A DNA stretch of 64,000 nucleotides from an uncultured Pseudomonadota bacterium (GTDB taxonomy: Bacteria > Pseudomonadota > Alphaproteobacteria > Rs-D84). Below the pieces are notes generated by a model. The model was given only the letters and a program-made list of their open reading frames with translations. It was not told the DNA's origin and did not search any database. The stretch is from the NCBI GenBank assembly GCA_949296475.1, contig CASFOK010000007.1:9448-73447 (forward strand), read 5' to 3'. The translations under genes and the position numbers were made by a program. This document shows, piece after piece, positions 27,201-36,189 of this stretch; the stretch's first letter is position 1; each line of letters starts with the position of its first letter.

Positions 27201-27978
27201 CAATCAGTCCGCCAACCGAATAATTTCCCAAGACGCTAGAAGGGATCGGTGCCCCCGCATAACGCAACGTTCTTTGTCCCATATAACCGCGCGCCAATGG
27301 CGAATAACCGTGCATCATCAATAAATAATTTTGATTATAGGTATTTGTCATAAGTGCAAAGTTATCTTGCAATATTCCAGACGTAGAAGGACTGTAATAA
27401 TTCAAATTAGAAACATAATTTGCCGCCTCTGACGCACTGTTTGGCATTGCCGGACCATATGGTATTTCAAATGCGGCCGTTGCGTTGCCCGAAGTACCGC
27501 CATCGCCCCCAGGTCTTGTACCACCGCTGACCGACCCGCTGGAGTTATCATTTCCAGGATCCAACACGTCTGTTAATAAAAACAGTCCCCCTACAACAAC
27601 GGCGGCACCCGCCGCCGCCAGTGTTATACCGTGGGCGGTAGACAGCCCGCTAAACAGCCCCCCACTACTTTGTGGTTTGTTTTTATTATTATATTGCTTT
27701 ATCTGTTGGTCGCATTTTGACGCATCTGCGCCATACATCTGCAATATTTGCGCCGCCTTGATATCATTATTCATCAACGCAGTACAAACAATTGATAAAC
27801 CTGTGCTATCAACATAATTAATATTTGCACCATTATTTATCAATATCTGTACCTGTTGAATATCACCGTTTTTTGCGGCGGACAATAATTGCGCCGCAAC
27901 AGTAAATTCATTCGTTGCAGCAAATAACGCCCCAGGAATAAAAAATAAAGAAAGTAATAAAAATCTGATGTATTTCAT
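24298..27978 (-). CDS. Giant surface protein: signal peptide, ankyrin repeats, hydrophobic/Gly-rich segment, degenerate subtilase-like region, C-terminal beta-barrel-like domain
   Basis: Signal MKYIRFLLLSLFFIPGALFA. ANK consensus LLSAAKNGDIQQVQILINNGANINYVD..TALMNNDIKAAQILQMYGADA. AVASAAGASGALKSAFPDMTNQQLFALMALTA...GYGLINLERA resembles the Ser-region of S8 peptidases. The last 300 aa or so show an alternating beta-strand pattern. Confidence 0.75.
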   Translation of the reverse strand: MKYIRFLLLSLFFIPGALFAATNEFTVAAQLLSAAKNGDIQQVQILINNGANINYVDSTGLSIVCTALMNNDIKAAQILQMYGADASKCDQQIKQYNNKNKPQSSGGLFSGLSTAHGITLAAAGAAVVVGGLFLLTDVLDPGNDNSSGSVSGGTRPGGDGGTSGNATAAFEIPYGPAMPNSASEAANYVSNLNYYSPSTSGILQDNFALMTNTYNQNYLLMMHGYSPLARGYMGQRTLRYAGAPIPSSVLGNYSVGGLIVGGGRPVTVALITTNGINAASKPAGESTAGVNSLDDKLIAWTDMNGATPAPAEVSMLSSKYYNNVITLGSSEDNQVTNATTSEDGTLVNNFDLSGFGTAVNNTSATSDDNLLAKVVGGNDAGYSSADFMGFMPNGQMLIYRTGGGQGLVTVTGQSATGTYTMAGASLATGDTLNLFDQTLTVTRTGNTIVASDSDSTYTGYIGADGLLYLPSTSGGSVNQAYQMSNNNLTLVKQEAETLDYYNYKALLDAASRITSGDLAGGRSTPFILANASVISPLHQVTSATIDDVLAFGSANNAMQTGFASFVNDYYNQNTTDGDSQTDALPGANATTFFNNLGSSYTPLVIFSTGAFETDSTWSGKTLTASFENSAPLVFDNLEHLFMSVVAVIQSGTGTNGTESVSGYTPQHKYIVSQWQNTNNTPDTTDDDTYFKARVCGISGNGANGIDPWCFASVGVTDELAVASAAGASGALKSAFPDMTNQQLFALMALTADGAYLGTDSSGNTFSESSLIAYLQSMYQMPNEYEYRWQNGGENYLDVFKEVFGYGLINLERATTPGHAVYYYNGTDIVSASGNAYWRAASNTIFRSSSAFNPRVATISAPFFDRLESFDGELSLPRIWKNEFALGVQDKRGLYMGDVLGELKTRNATANKVQFGDFGFSMSMSEKPYADNLNGLDNMQLDYAADNWNLSAGFQRHFTDGASRFDGLSNPVLNMMSNALVSDVAYTLGKWTFGARAFSGDITDEEMLDTDPTVSSQYMPARLGLMQGAQSDISWNSEKFGFTSAVGTAHETDTLLGALTGGLLNIGQGNTTYVDTELRYEPWENIKFKLRSTFAYTTSDASGDFILGLSDIYSNAFAFGMDTDNFSFSVSQPLAVNRGTLQYAYADYGIVETADGKYDLVVNDAYVKDVDLSPEHREVRLSAAYRHNFGPWTDGAIGFIYRINPNNTDYFGNESIFMLKMTHRLGI

Positions 27979-28044
27979 GTGATATTCTCTCTTACTAAAA
28001 ATATATTAACACACATCAGAATTATATGTCTAGAAAAAACTTTC

Positions 28045-28084
28045 ATAAAACAACAAATAAAGGGTTCGTTTAAACACGAACCCT
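28045..28084 (-). terminator. Terminator after the 204-aa membrane protein gene
   Basis: AGGGTTCG/CGAACCCT stem (28061-28084), followed on the minus strand by TTATTTGTTGTTTTA. Confidence 0.5.
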
Positions 28085-28106
28085 ATTACTGCAACATCGC
28101 ATATAA

Positions 28107-28721
28107 TTAACGCGAGTTCACTTTTTGTTTCGTAACTATGATATAACCATTTATTTCATAAGTTTTACATTTTTTCTTTTTATCTTGAACCTTTACTTCT
28201 ACTTTACCGCAATCCGAACAACCGTTGTTAACATATATAGTCCCATTGTTAACAGCACCCTGCTCCAATGTTATTCTTGTATTATTGCTTCCACCGCAAG
28301 AATTACCAACAATTATTTTTCCCTCATTGTCGGCCTTAGTTTTCAAAGTTATTTCTGTATTGTTATTGACATGTTTTTGTGCTTTTGGCTGTACAACGCG
28401 ACGAGCATTTGAAGTACGTTTTACAGAACGACTTTTATTAACCTTGGAGTTTTCGCAATCTTCTAAACGAGAATTTACATCGTTTAAAGAATCACGCAAC
28501 ATAAATATTCTTTCTGCCGCCTTCAAACGTTTTTCTTGCAAGTTATCTATTTTACGTATGGCGTCTTTATAAGCGTCACAGTCTTTATCATTATCTTTCA
28601 TACAATTACCAACACCCAAACCAACGCCTAATCCCATCAACAAAATCACCAATCCCCATACACTATAAGGGATTTTAGCCAACTTTTTATTACTATTTTT
28701 GTTTTCAAAATTTTTATCCAT
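28107..28721 (-). CDS. Single-pass membrane protein with coiled coil and Cys pairs (hypothetical)
   Basis: TM segment VWGLVILLMGLGVGLGVG, then a coiled coil (IRKIDNLQEKRLKAAERIFMLRDSLNDVNSRLEDCE), then Cys-containing C-terminal repeats (NSCGG, NGCSDCG). Confidence 0.6.
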   Translation of the reverse strand: MDKNFENKNSNKKLAKIPYSVWGLVILLMGLGVGLGVGNCMKDNDKDCDAYKDAIRKIDNLQEKRLKAAERIFMLRDSLNDVNSRLEDCENSKVNKSRSVKRTSNARRVVQPKAQKHVNNNTEITLKTKADNEGKIIVGNSCGGSNNTRITLEQGAVNNGTIYVNNGCSDCGKVEVKVQDKKKKCKTYEINGYIIVTKQKVNSR

Positions 28722-28782
28722 TTTGCTCTCCTTGCATTATCTTTGATAGAAATATAATACAAAAATACAAATTTGTCAAGGG

Positions 28783-28805
28783 TTTTTTTATTTTTTTGTT
28801 TTTTT
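28783..28805. repeat. Triple T7 homopolymer tract (T7-A-T7-G-T7) in a divergent promoter region
   Basis: TTTTTTTATTTTTTTGTTTTTTT lies between the divergent 204-aa gene and the P6-P7-P8 operon. Confidence 0.8.
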
Positions 28806-28853
28806 GCTTTTATGGGAATACATTTTTTGATATAGTTACAGATAAAGAGAGAA

Positions 28854-29720
28854 ATGGTAAAAAAAATCGCGTTTTTAATATCTGGTATATTATTATACCC
28901 TGGTTTATCGCTTGCTGCGACTTGTTCGCAAGCAAATTTGACGCGTTGCCTTGATTCTGTATGTGCGATAAACGTATCGTCTAACCCTGCGGCTCGTTGC
29001 CAATATTGTGGTACGTCCAGTGCCGGCAGTCCAGACACAAAAAACGCCATGCGCAGTTTATCGCTTGGGCAATCTGCGAAATATACACTTAGTGAAAAAG
29101 AATTGGACAAGGCGCCCACCGACCCGGGCAAGCGTTATATATGGGCAACGGAACAATGTATAAAAAAGATAGAGGGTTGCACCGCCGAAGACGTATCCGA
29201 CACATATGATAAATTAATAGAACAATCTTGCAAGGCCGCCGGTATAAACGCCCAAATGGCCGCATTGCGTGCCGACGCAAACAAGACGGTCAGTAAGACG
29301 ACCTGTTCTACGGACATAACGTCATGTATGGTTGACAGCAAACGTTGCGGTCCTGATTATCGTTCTTGTGCAAACGATTCGGAATTTAATAATTTCTTTG
29401 CCTATTGTTCTGTAGAGGCCAAGGGTTGCGACGAATACATATCTGACATTCGTTCTGATTTAATATCGCTTCGCGATAACACCATCAAAAACGCGGACTT
29501 GGCCATAGACAATATTGTGTCTGCATATCAAAATGCACGTACTAAAAAAGTATCAGACGCGCAAGATTCTTGTACAAATAACGCTGCACGCGACAGTTGC
29601 GTCAAGACGGTATGCGAACGCAACATGCCAAACAAATGTGGCGAAGGTTACGAATCAGAAAAAAGCGCGGCGACACAATTCTGTAAATTTTATGAATTGG
29701 CCTGCGACGTATTAAAATAG
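28854..29720 (+). CDS. Secreted cysteine-rich protein, short member of the family (P6)
   Basis: Signal MVKKIAFLISGILLYPGLSLA. Degenerate head motif CSQANLTRCLDSVCAINVSSNPAARCQYC. Paired Cys throughout. Confidence 0.8.
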   Translation: MVKKIAFLISGILLYPGLSLAATCSQANLTRCLDSVCAINVSSNPAARCQYCGTSSAGSPDTKNAMRSLSLGQSAKYTLSEKELDKAPTDPGKRYIWATEQCIKKIEGCTAEDVSDTYDKLIEQSCKAAGINAQMAALRADANKTVSKTTCSTDITSCMVDSKRCGPDYRSCANDSEFNNFFAYCSVEAKGCDEYISDIRSDLISLRDNTIKNADLAIDNIVSAYQNARTKKVSDAQDSCTNNAARDSCVKTVCERNMPNKCGEGYESEKSAATQFCKFYELACDVLK

Positions 29721-29727
29721 AAAAGAT

Positions 29728-31338
29728 ATGACGATACGAAGAAAAACTTTTAACGACAAAAAAACAAACGCTTGGTACAAGTCAAGTGGTGTGGTATGTA
29801 TGGCGGTTATATGTTTATACAGCATGCATGCTAGCGGTGCCTCGGTTGTTCAGCGCGAAGTTGCGGCCAGACCGACAGCGGTATCAAATCGTCCGAATAC
29901 GTCTGCACGTATGCCTACGATGGCGACACAAATAGCAGAGACAGTGACCACAACGGAAACAACAACAAACACAGATAATACAACAAGTTCAGAACTCGTT
30001 GATACATCTGACACGACAGAAGAAGAAATCGTCATAGAAAACAAATCGTCGCAATTTTCTGACGTTCTTGGCAACGCCAGCGTATCCAGCCAATCTGATA
30101 CAAGCGACACCGAATTAGCGGAAATGATTCGTCGTCAACGGGCGGCCTTGGACGCAGAATCCGCGGTTAGCACGGTAACGCAATCAACGCAGGCGTCACT
30201 ATCTACTGGTCAAAACGCATGCGACGTTGCATTACGTAAATGTATGCAGGGCAAATGCGGTAACGACTTTTCAAAGTGCAGTAGCGACACGGACACCGCA
30301 TGGGGCAACAAAATGGATTCTTGCCGTCTTGACACAGAATGCACGGGTACAGAGTACAGCAAATTTGCACCGGAAATAAAAGCGGACCGTGACACAAACG
30401 CCCAACTGGCACTATATAACTCTATACTTGATTGCGGTAACAGATATAACGATTGCATTGTCACCCAATGTGGCACGACGTTCAGCAAATGCCTTGGTAA
30501 ATCTGCCGGCGACGCTGCAATATCTGCATGTTCAACGATTGCGACTGAATGCAAATCCCAAGACAGTGGTTTGGCAAGTCGTGCAATGAGTTTATTTGCG
30601 ACATTACGCGTAGACGCCGAAGAACAAGTAAAACGCGACGAAGAACGTTTATATGCATTGCGCGACAAGATGGCAGAACAATGCAACATGTTGGGCGCAA
30701 TGTTTGACGAACGCACGTTTGATTGCGTTTACACGGTTGAATTCTATGCGGGCGACAACAATACTCTGTTTGCATCAAAGAAGGCATATGCAGGTTCTTC
30801 GTTTGACTGCACGCCGAATTGGTTTGGCATAGACATAACGACGTTTAAAGAAAACGCCTATCGTACTACGCGCGCGCAGCAATCTGCGACATCTGCCTTG
30901 TTAGGTTCTGGTCTTGGTGTTGCGGCGGGTGCAGTAACGTCTGGTGCGATAGATCGTGCGATTGACAGACAAAAGGCCGAAAACGCCCTTGACAAAGCAA
31001 AAGAAGAATACGAAGAAAATTATGGTGACGGGTCTAAGTCCACAACCACACAGACAACGGTAACGACGACTAAACCGACACAGAATACATCACCAAATAC
31101 ACCCCCACAACGCGAACAGGAACAACAAAAAAATAACACAATTACAACTGATAAAGAAGGCAGAAAGACCGCGCAAATAGGTGACACAACAGTGACAACC
31201 ATGCCTATGACAGAAGCGTTCAAGCAAGTAACCGGTACCAAAAGTTTCAATGAGAAAGCAGCCGACTATCTTAATAACAACAATTCAAATGGTTTTGCCA
31301 GCAAATTATCACAAAATATTAATACAGACACAAAATGA
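29728..31338 (+). CDS. Secreted cysteine-rich protein with glycine-zipper segment (P7)
   Basis: Hydrophobic N-terminus. RMPTM linker motif. Degenerate head CDVALRKCMQGKCGNDFSKCS. ALLGSGLGVAAGAVTSGAI segment. T/Q/N-rich tail. Confidence 0.8.
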   Translation: MTIRRKTFNDKKTNAWYKSSGVVCMAVICLYSMHASGASVVQREVAARPTAVSNRPNTSARMPTMATQIAETVTTTETTTNTDNTTSSELVDTSDTTEEEIVIENKSSQFSDVLGNASVSSQSDTSDTELAEMIRRQRAALDAESAVSTVTQSTQASLSTGQNACDVALRKCMQGKCGNDFSKCSSDTDTAWGNKMDSCRLDTECTGTEYSKFAPEIKADRDTNAQLALYNSILDCGNRYNDCIVTQCGTTFSKCLGKSAGDAAISACSTIATECKSQDSGLASRAMSLFATLRVDAEEQVKRDEERLYALRDKMAEQCNMLGAMFDERTFDCVYTVEFYAGDNNTLFASKKAYAGSSFDCTPNWFGIDITTFKENAYRTTRAQQSATSALLGSGLGVAAGAVTSGAIDRAIDRQKAENALDKAKEEYEENYGDGSKSTTTQTTVTTTKPTQNTSPNTPPQREQEQQKNNTITTDKEGRKTAQIGDTTVTTMPMTEAFKQVTGTKSFNEKAADYLNNNNSNGFASKLSQNINTDTK

Positions 31339-33515
31339 AAAAGATATTAAATATAATTTTTACGCTATGTATATCGTTCCCCACCTTCGCGGACACTATC
31401 AAGGGAACCATAACAGGTAACCATTCACCACTATCAAACGCCACTATTGTGGCTTTAAACCAACAAAGACAGAATTTCACGCCAATTGCATCGGCCACAA
31501 CAGATAACCAAGGTAATTTTTCATTAACAATTCCGAAAGATACAAAATATCTACAATTTTCAGCAAACAATTACATTACAGCTACTCAAGAGTATAGTGG
31601 TATACCAACATACAAAATAAATTTAGCATCTTCAACACAAAACACCACCAACACAAACCCTCCAACAGAAAGCGCAAATGCCGATCAAACAATTACTATT
31701 TCCGGGACAGTAACAGATGAACAAAACATTCCAATACAAAATGCGAACATAGTCGCATTAAACGATTCAGGAAACGCATTACCAATCGGATGCGCAACCG
31801 ATGAACAAGGCAATTTTACATGCATAAAAATCCCAATTAACACACAAAAATTAAGAGTATCTTATGGAAATGCCCAAAAAGACATTGATATTAACAAATC
31901 ACAAACATATTATGATATAAAACTAAACACAACTGTTGAACTGGAACCAGTAAATGTTACAGGAACCCCTATCTCAATAACCGACAAAGAAGACAAACCG
32001 GTTGCAACGGGTATAGATACATCCAAACTAAAAATAGAATATCCAGATTATGAATGCACAGATAACAAACCTGCAAACGCATTAAAAGTACATTATGACA
32101 CAGAATCTGGGACCTGCATTGTTGATGAATGCGAAGAAGGTTTTACAAGAACGCCCGACAAACTGGCATGCGCAAAAAAAACTCTATCCAAAGAAGACGC
32201 AGAAAAGCAAATTGCTGAACTGCAGCAAAACGCCGACGCCATGAAAGAAAAAGAACAATCCACTGCAAACAAATTATTGGGGGCCGCGTCTATGGGTGCA
32301 ATGGGCATTGGCGGAATGCAGGCTTTATCCGCACTATCAGAACAAAGCGCAGACGCCGCCGCAGAACAAGATATGACCGCATACTTGGCAACTTTCCGTT
32401 GCGATTACGGACAAGGACAAAATATTCATGGTGGCGATACCGACATAATACTGCCTGGCGGTAACGAATTAATATCTTTGTATACTGAATACATTCAACT
32501 TGCCTCGGACTTGAAAACCAGAAAAGAATCATTGGGCATGTCACCCGGCATAGAATCAGAAATGCTGTTGGATAAAGCAGACACAGGTTTGTATGACGAC
32601 GTAGGAACTGGTATAACCACAGGTACGTTTGCGTCTTTGGCGCGTGCATTATCTGACCCGAACAGTGCCGATGCTGCTTTATGGGCGCAACAACAGGCAG
32701 ACACAGCCAGCAAGTTAAAAACCGGTTTAATTACCGCAGGTGCTGGCGCGGTCATAGGCGTTGTGGGAAATATCGCGATAAATAAAAACGCACCAAAAGA
32801 AAATTCGGAACAAATACTTGCCAGTTACGAGTCATTAAAGAAACTTGAATATGAAATCAGCCAACTGCCAGACCAAACGGCAAGCGCAACCTGCCCAACA
32901 GGCACAACGGGGACTGTTCCAAATTGCAAACCCACAAAAACGGGAATTGAGTATAATTCAAACACCAATCAAACAGAAGTAGCATCGGATAAGGATGACT
33001 CACAATCACAAAATAAAAGAATAGACGCAACTGAACTAGAACAGATAACCACTGTTACAAGCGTAGATAGTATCATATCAACCATTGCAAATACTGACGC
33101 AGAAAATAAAAACGATGAAAATACCATTTCTTTATCAGCACGCAATTTGTTTAAGTTAAATGAATATACGTTAGTACCGACATCAAAAACAATAATTGCA
33201 ACATTCGCAACCAACATGTTAAGCACCAATAAGGACAACACAGAATATTGTCTGATTGTTACTGGCAATACTGATAAAACAGGAAACGACCGTATAAATC
33301 AGCCATTATCAGAAAAACGTGCAAAAGCCGTTACAGCCCAACTTAGCTTATTCGGAATTCCAGAAGCCAACATACTATCTAAGGGGGCAGGCTCGCAAAA
33401 CTGTACAGATGCTTTTCGTAAGGAAAAAAATTGCAACGGCAATAATTGCGAAGCGTGCAGAAATGTAACAATAGAATATGAACCTTCATCATGTGCAGCA
33501 TTGAGCGCAAAATAA
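31335..33515 (+). CDS. Multidomain envelope protein: two CarboxypepD_reg-like domains, Cys module, coiled coil, glycine zippers, OmpA-like peptidoglycan-binding domain (P8)
   Basis: The start overlaps the P7 stop (ATGA). GTITGNHSPLSNATIVALN...DNQGNFSL and GTVTDEQNIPIQNANIVALN...DEQGNFTC repeats. The C-terminus IVTGNTDKTGNDRINQPLSEKRAKAVTAQLSLFGI...GAG matches the OmpA C-like pattern. Confidence 0.8.
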   Translation: MKKILNIIFTLCISFPTFADTIKGTITGNHSPLSNATIVALNQQRQNFTPIASATTDNQGNFSLTIPKDTKYLQFSANNYITATQEYSGIPTYKINLASSTQNTTNTNPPTESANADQTITISGTVTDEQNIPIQNANIVALNDSGNALPIGCATDEQGNFTCIKIPINTQKLRVSYGNAQKDIDINKSQTYYDIKLNTTVELEPVNVTGTPISITDKEDKPVATGIDTSKLKIEYPDYECTDNKPANALKVHYDTESGTCIVDECEEGFTRTPDKLACAKKTLSKEDAEKQIAELQQNADAMKEKEQSTANKLLGAASMGAMGIGGMQALSALSEQSADAAAEQDMTAYLATFRCDYGQGQNIHGGDTDIILPGGNELISLYTEYIQLASDLKTRKESLGMSPGIESEMLLDKADTGLYDDVGTGITTGTFASLARALSDPNSADAALWAQQQADTASKLKTGLITAGAGAVIGVVGNIAINKNAPKENSEQILASYESLKKLEYEISQLPDQTASATCPTGTTGTVPNCKPTKTGIEYNSNTNQTEVASDKDDSQSQNKRIDATELEQITTVTSVDSIISTIANTDAENKNDENTISLSARNLFKLNEYTLVPTSKTIIATFATNMLSTNKDNTEYCLIVTGNTDKTGNDRINQPLSEKRAKAVTAQLSLFGIPEANILSKGAGSQNCTDAFRKEKNCNGNNCEACRNVTIEYEPSSCAALSAK

Positions 33516-33911
33516 CGAACACATATGCTTAGAAAGATTTTCCAATCAGGCTGTCAAATATATTAAAAATATATCAATATTATAACATATAACCGCAATC
33601 GTTTAGAATAAAAGATTTTTCCGAACGTTTATATGATAATACTTTTTATTTAACATCAACGACAACCAAACGCGGTTCTATATAAAACTAATTACATATA
33701 CGCCCAATTATCGCAATTAGAATATACAAGTTACGTCCGCCACGGACTTCACAACCATTTCATCATGTGATATAAATCAAAACATATAAATTCGCATATT
33801 CAACAACACCGAAATATACCCAGAGCCTTTATATTTACCCTGCCCTTTGATTCATATCATTTATGCACATTTAATGTCTTTGGATATTAAATCATTTTAG
33901 ATTTATACATA

Positions 33912-33940
33912 CAACAAACAAAAACCGCCCGTTTGGGCGG
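33912..33940 (-). terminator. Rho-independent terminator after P9
   Basis: CCGCCC/GGGCGG stem (33925-33940), followed on the minus strand by TTTTTGTTTGTTG. Confidence 0.65.
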
Positions 33941-33962
33941 CTTGTATAAAAAGCACTCAGAT

Positions 33963-36053
33963 TTACTCGCATGCACCGTATGATTTTGCCACCGGATAAT
34001 TTTCTGTGCATACACTGCCCGCTACTGCGCACGCCGAAGATACCAACGTAGACGTAACTGCACCGGCTGGCTTATAATTTATTTGTGCGATTTTGCATTG
34101 ATTCAAATCCGTCAAGGTACCGCAAGTACGACGCCAAGACTCGCAATCTGTTGCCGTTCCTGTTGGTAAAATGTTATCTGGCAAACGCAAATTCCACTTT
34201 ACATAAAAGTCTTTTAACGAACCTATGGAATAAGATTTACCCAATCCAACCTGTGCCAAACCGTCACCAACCCGACAGTTAATATTACTGCGTTCTACAA
34301 AGGCGGTAATTGCGGTTGCCAATCCACCTGCCCCGGCACCGATACCGGCACCAATGGCGATACTTTGTGCCATATTAGACTTTTCACCGTTTTGGATTAA
34401 ATCCACCATATTATCGGTATAAATCTTTGCCAAGACTTTCATATCAGGTTCCAACTGTTCTGGTGTTTTGCAATCTAGCCCGTCACCTTCACAAAATATC
34501 CCAGTACCCGATTTACGTGCCTGATTTATCGCCTTGAATAAACAAGCGGAATCTTTTGCGAGCAACTTATTAACATCATCAGAATTAAGCGCTATCATCA
34601 GTTTGTTTCTTATATCTGGAGCTATATTATTAATATCAATTGTCTGTAAGTCTACATCCCCGCTTGCAGAAGCATTTTTCTTCACATTTTCGCAAACTGC
34701 ATTGTATCCATCTGTCTCACAAACATTTACAACAGCGTTAAATTTATACACCAATGTTTCAGAGGTTACGCTTGTACTACATCTGGCCAATTCTGCCTGT
34801 AACTGACTATAAGTATCATACAACGTAACTATTTCTTCGCATTGAGCCTGGGTTATAACTTTATCATTTGCCCCTATTGGCGATGACATATATTGACTAA
34901 TCCGACCAAAATTGCCGTTTGAACGCAATTCTGTCGTCATCATTTCACGATGCTTTTCATTACTACAATCCAACAAACGTGAACCATGACCAACAGCCGC
35001 GCCGATACCACCGCCAACCAAAGTACCACCACCAATTCCAACAACAGCAACCGTGGCAGTATCATTTAATAATGAAAACCCAAATAAATCTTTGTTACAG
35101 GTAAACGTATCACCCGCCAGTTTCCATACCTCTGCCGGTTCATCGTCACCCAAGGCACCAAACAACCAACTGTTTGTAATATGTTCGTCCTTGTTATAAG
35201 CCGCAACACGTATCCAGCATTCTGCTGTAACCGGATCCCAACGCGCATAGTGTCCACGTTGTCCGTCAACACCATTACTGCTGTTTACATTAACGCCTTG
35301 GGGTTGCGTTTTAATCAGCGCGTTTCCGTTTTGGCTGTTATAAGCGCCAATAGAAATGTTGTATTCCGCCGTCACAGAACCAGAATTAGAAACCGCACCA
35401 AACGAAGAACCATAAGTATTCCTGTCTAACAACAAACAAGTATTTTCCGCCTGATTTGGCGTTAAGCCCGTTTTACGCAAGACAAAATTATAATATTCCG
35501 GTTGAACGATACGCGCATTAAAGTCTAACCATACATCAGCCGAACTTCTGTATATATTTCTGCAATCCCTGCGAACTTCACTTATACATCTTTCAACCTG
35601 TACTGTACACAGCCCCATACCGTTAACAATGGAATTACGTAATTCTTCGCTGAACAAGTCGTTTAATCCGTTTGGCAAAGCCCCATTATTAACGCAAGCC
35701 AAAACATCGTTCATACAATTATCAATTGTATATTCGGAATTTCTTACGCCGCCATCTGGGCAATCTGTTTCTGGTTTTGGTTCTGGATCAATATCACCGC
35801 CACCGCCATTGCCGTCATCACCGCCATCACCACTTGGTAAATTAGGGGACAAGTTCCCAGTTGCAGAACCCGGTAACGTCGGCATAGTCGGCATACGTTG
35901 CGTTGAAGTATTCTGCATTTCCCCAGAGCGATTCAAAGAACGCACATTATACGTAGCCCGCCCTGCAGAATCAGCCGCATAAACGGTACCAATAAACACA
36001 AACAGTCCTAATCCTGCAATAGAAGCACTGACAACGTTACGCATATTTGGCAT
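33963..36053 (-). CDS. Secreted cysteine-rich protein with two glycine-zipper segments (P9)
   Basis: Start at 36051-36053, after a GGGGGAG Shine-Dalgarno. Signal ...GLFVFIGTVYA. RMPTM linker motif. CMNDVLAC head variant. VAVVGIGGGTLVGGGIGAAVG and IAIGAGIGAGAGGLATAI segments. Cys-rich C-terminus. Confidence 0.8.
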   Translation of the reverse strand: MPNMRNVVSASIAGLGLFVFIGTVYAADSAGRATYNVRSLNRSGEMQNTSTQRMPTMPTLPGSATGNLSPNLPSGDGGDDGNGGGGDIDPEPKPETDCPDGGVRNSEYTIDNCMNDVLACVNNGALPNGLNDLFSEELRNSIVNGMGLCTVQVERCISEVRRDCRNIYRSSADVWLDFNARIVQPEYYNFVLRKTGLTPNQAENTCLLLDRNTYGSSFGAVSNSGSVTAEYNISIGAYNSQNGNALIKTQPQGVNVNSSNGVDGQRGHYARWDPVTAECWIRVAAYNKDEHITNSWLFGALGDDEPAEVWKLAGDTFTCNKDLFGFSLLNDTATVAVVGIGGGTLVGGGIGAAVGHGSRLLDCSNEKHREMMTTELRSNGNFGRISQYMSSPIGANDKVITQAQCEEIVTLYDTYSQLQAELARCSTSVTSETLVYKFNAVVNVCETDGYNAVCENVKKNASASGDVDLQTIDINNIAPDIRNKLMIALNSDDVNKLLAKDSACLFKAINQARKSGTGIFCEGDGLDCKTPEQLEPDMKVLAKIYTDNMVDLIQNGEKSNMAQSIAIGAGIGAGAGGLATAITAFVERSNINCRVGDGLAQVGLGKSYSIGSLKDFYVKWNLRLPDNILPTGTATDCESWRRTCGTLTDLNQCKIAQINYKPAGAVTSTLVSSACAVAGSVCTENYPVAKSYGACE

Positions 36054-36189
36054 AAAAACTCCCCCTTGTTTATCTTTGTAATTATACCCTAAAAACACAT
36101 TAAAAAAAAGCCTTTTTTGATAAATCTGTAATTAAATATAAAACATTAAAAAACTTGACAAAATACACATACTGTCTATTATATAAATT

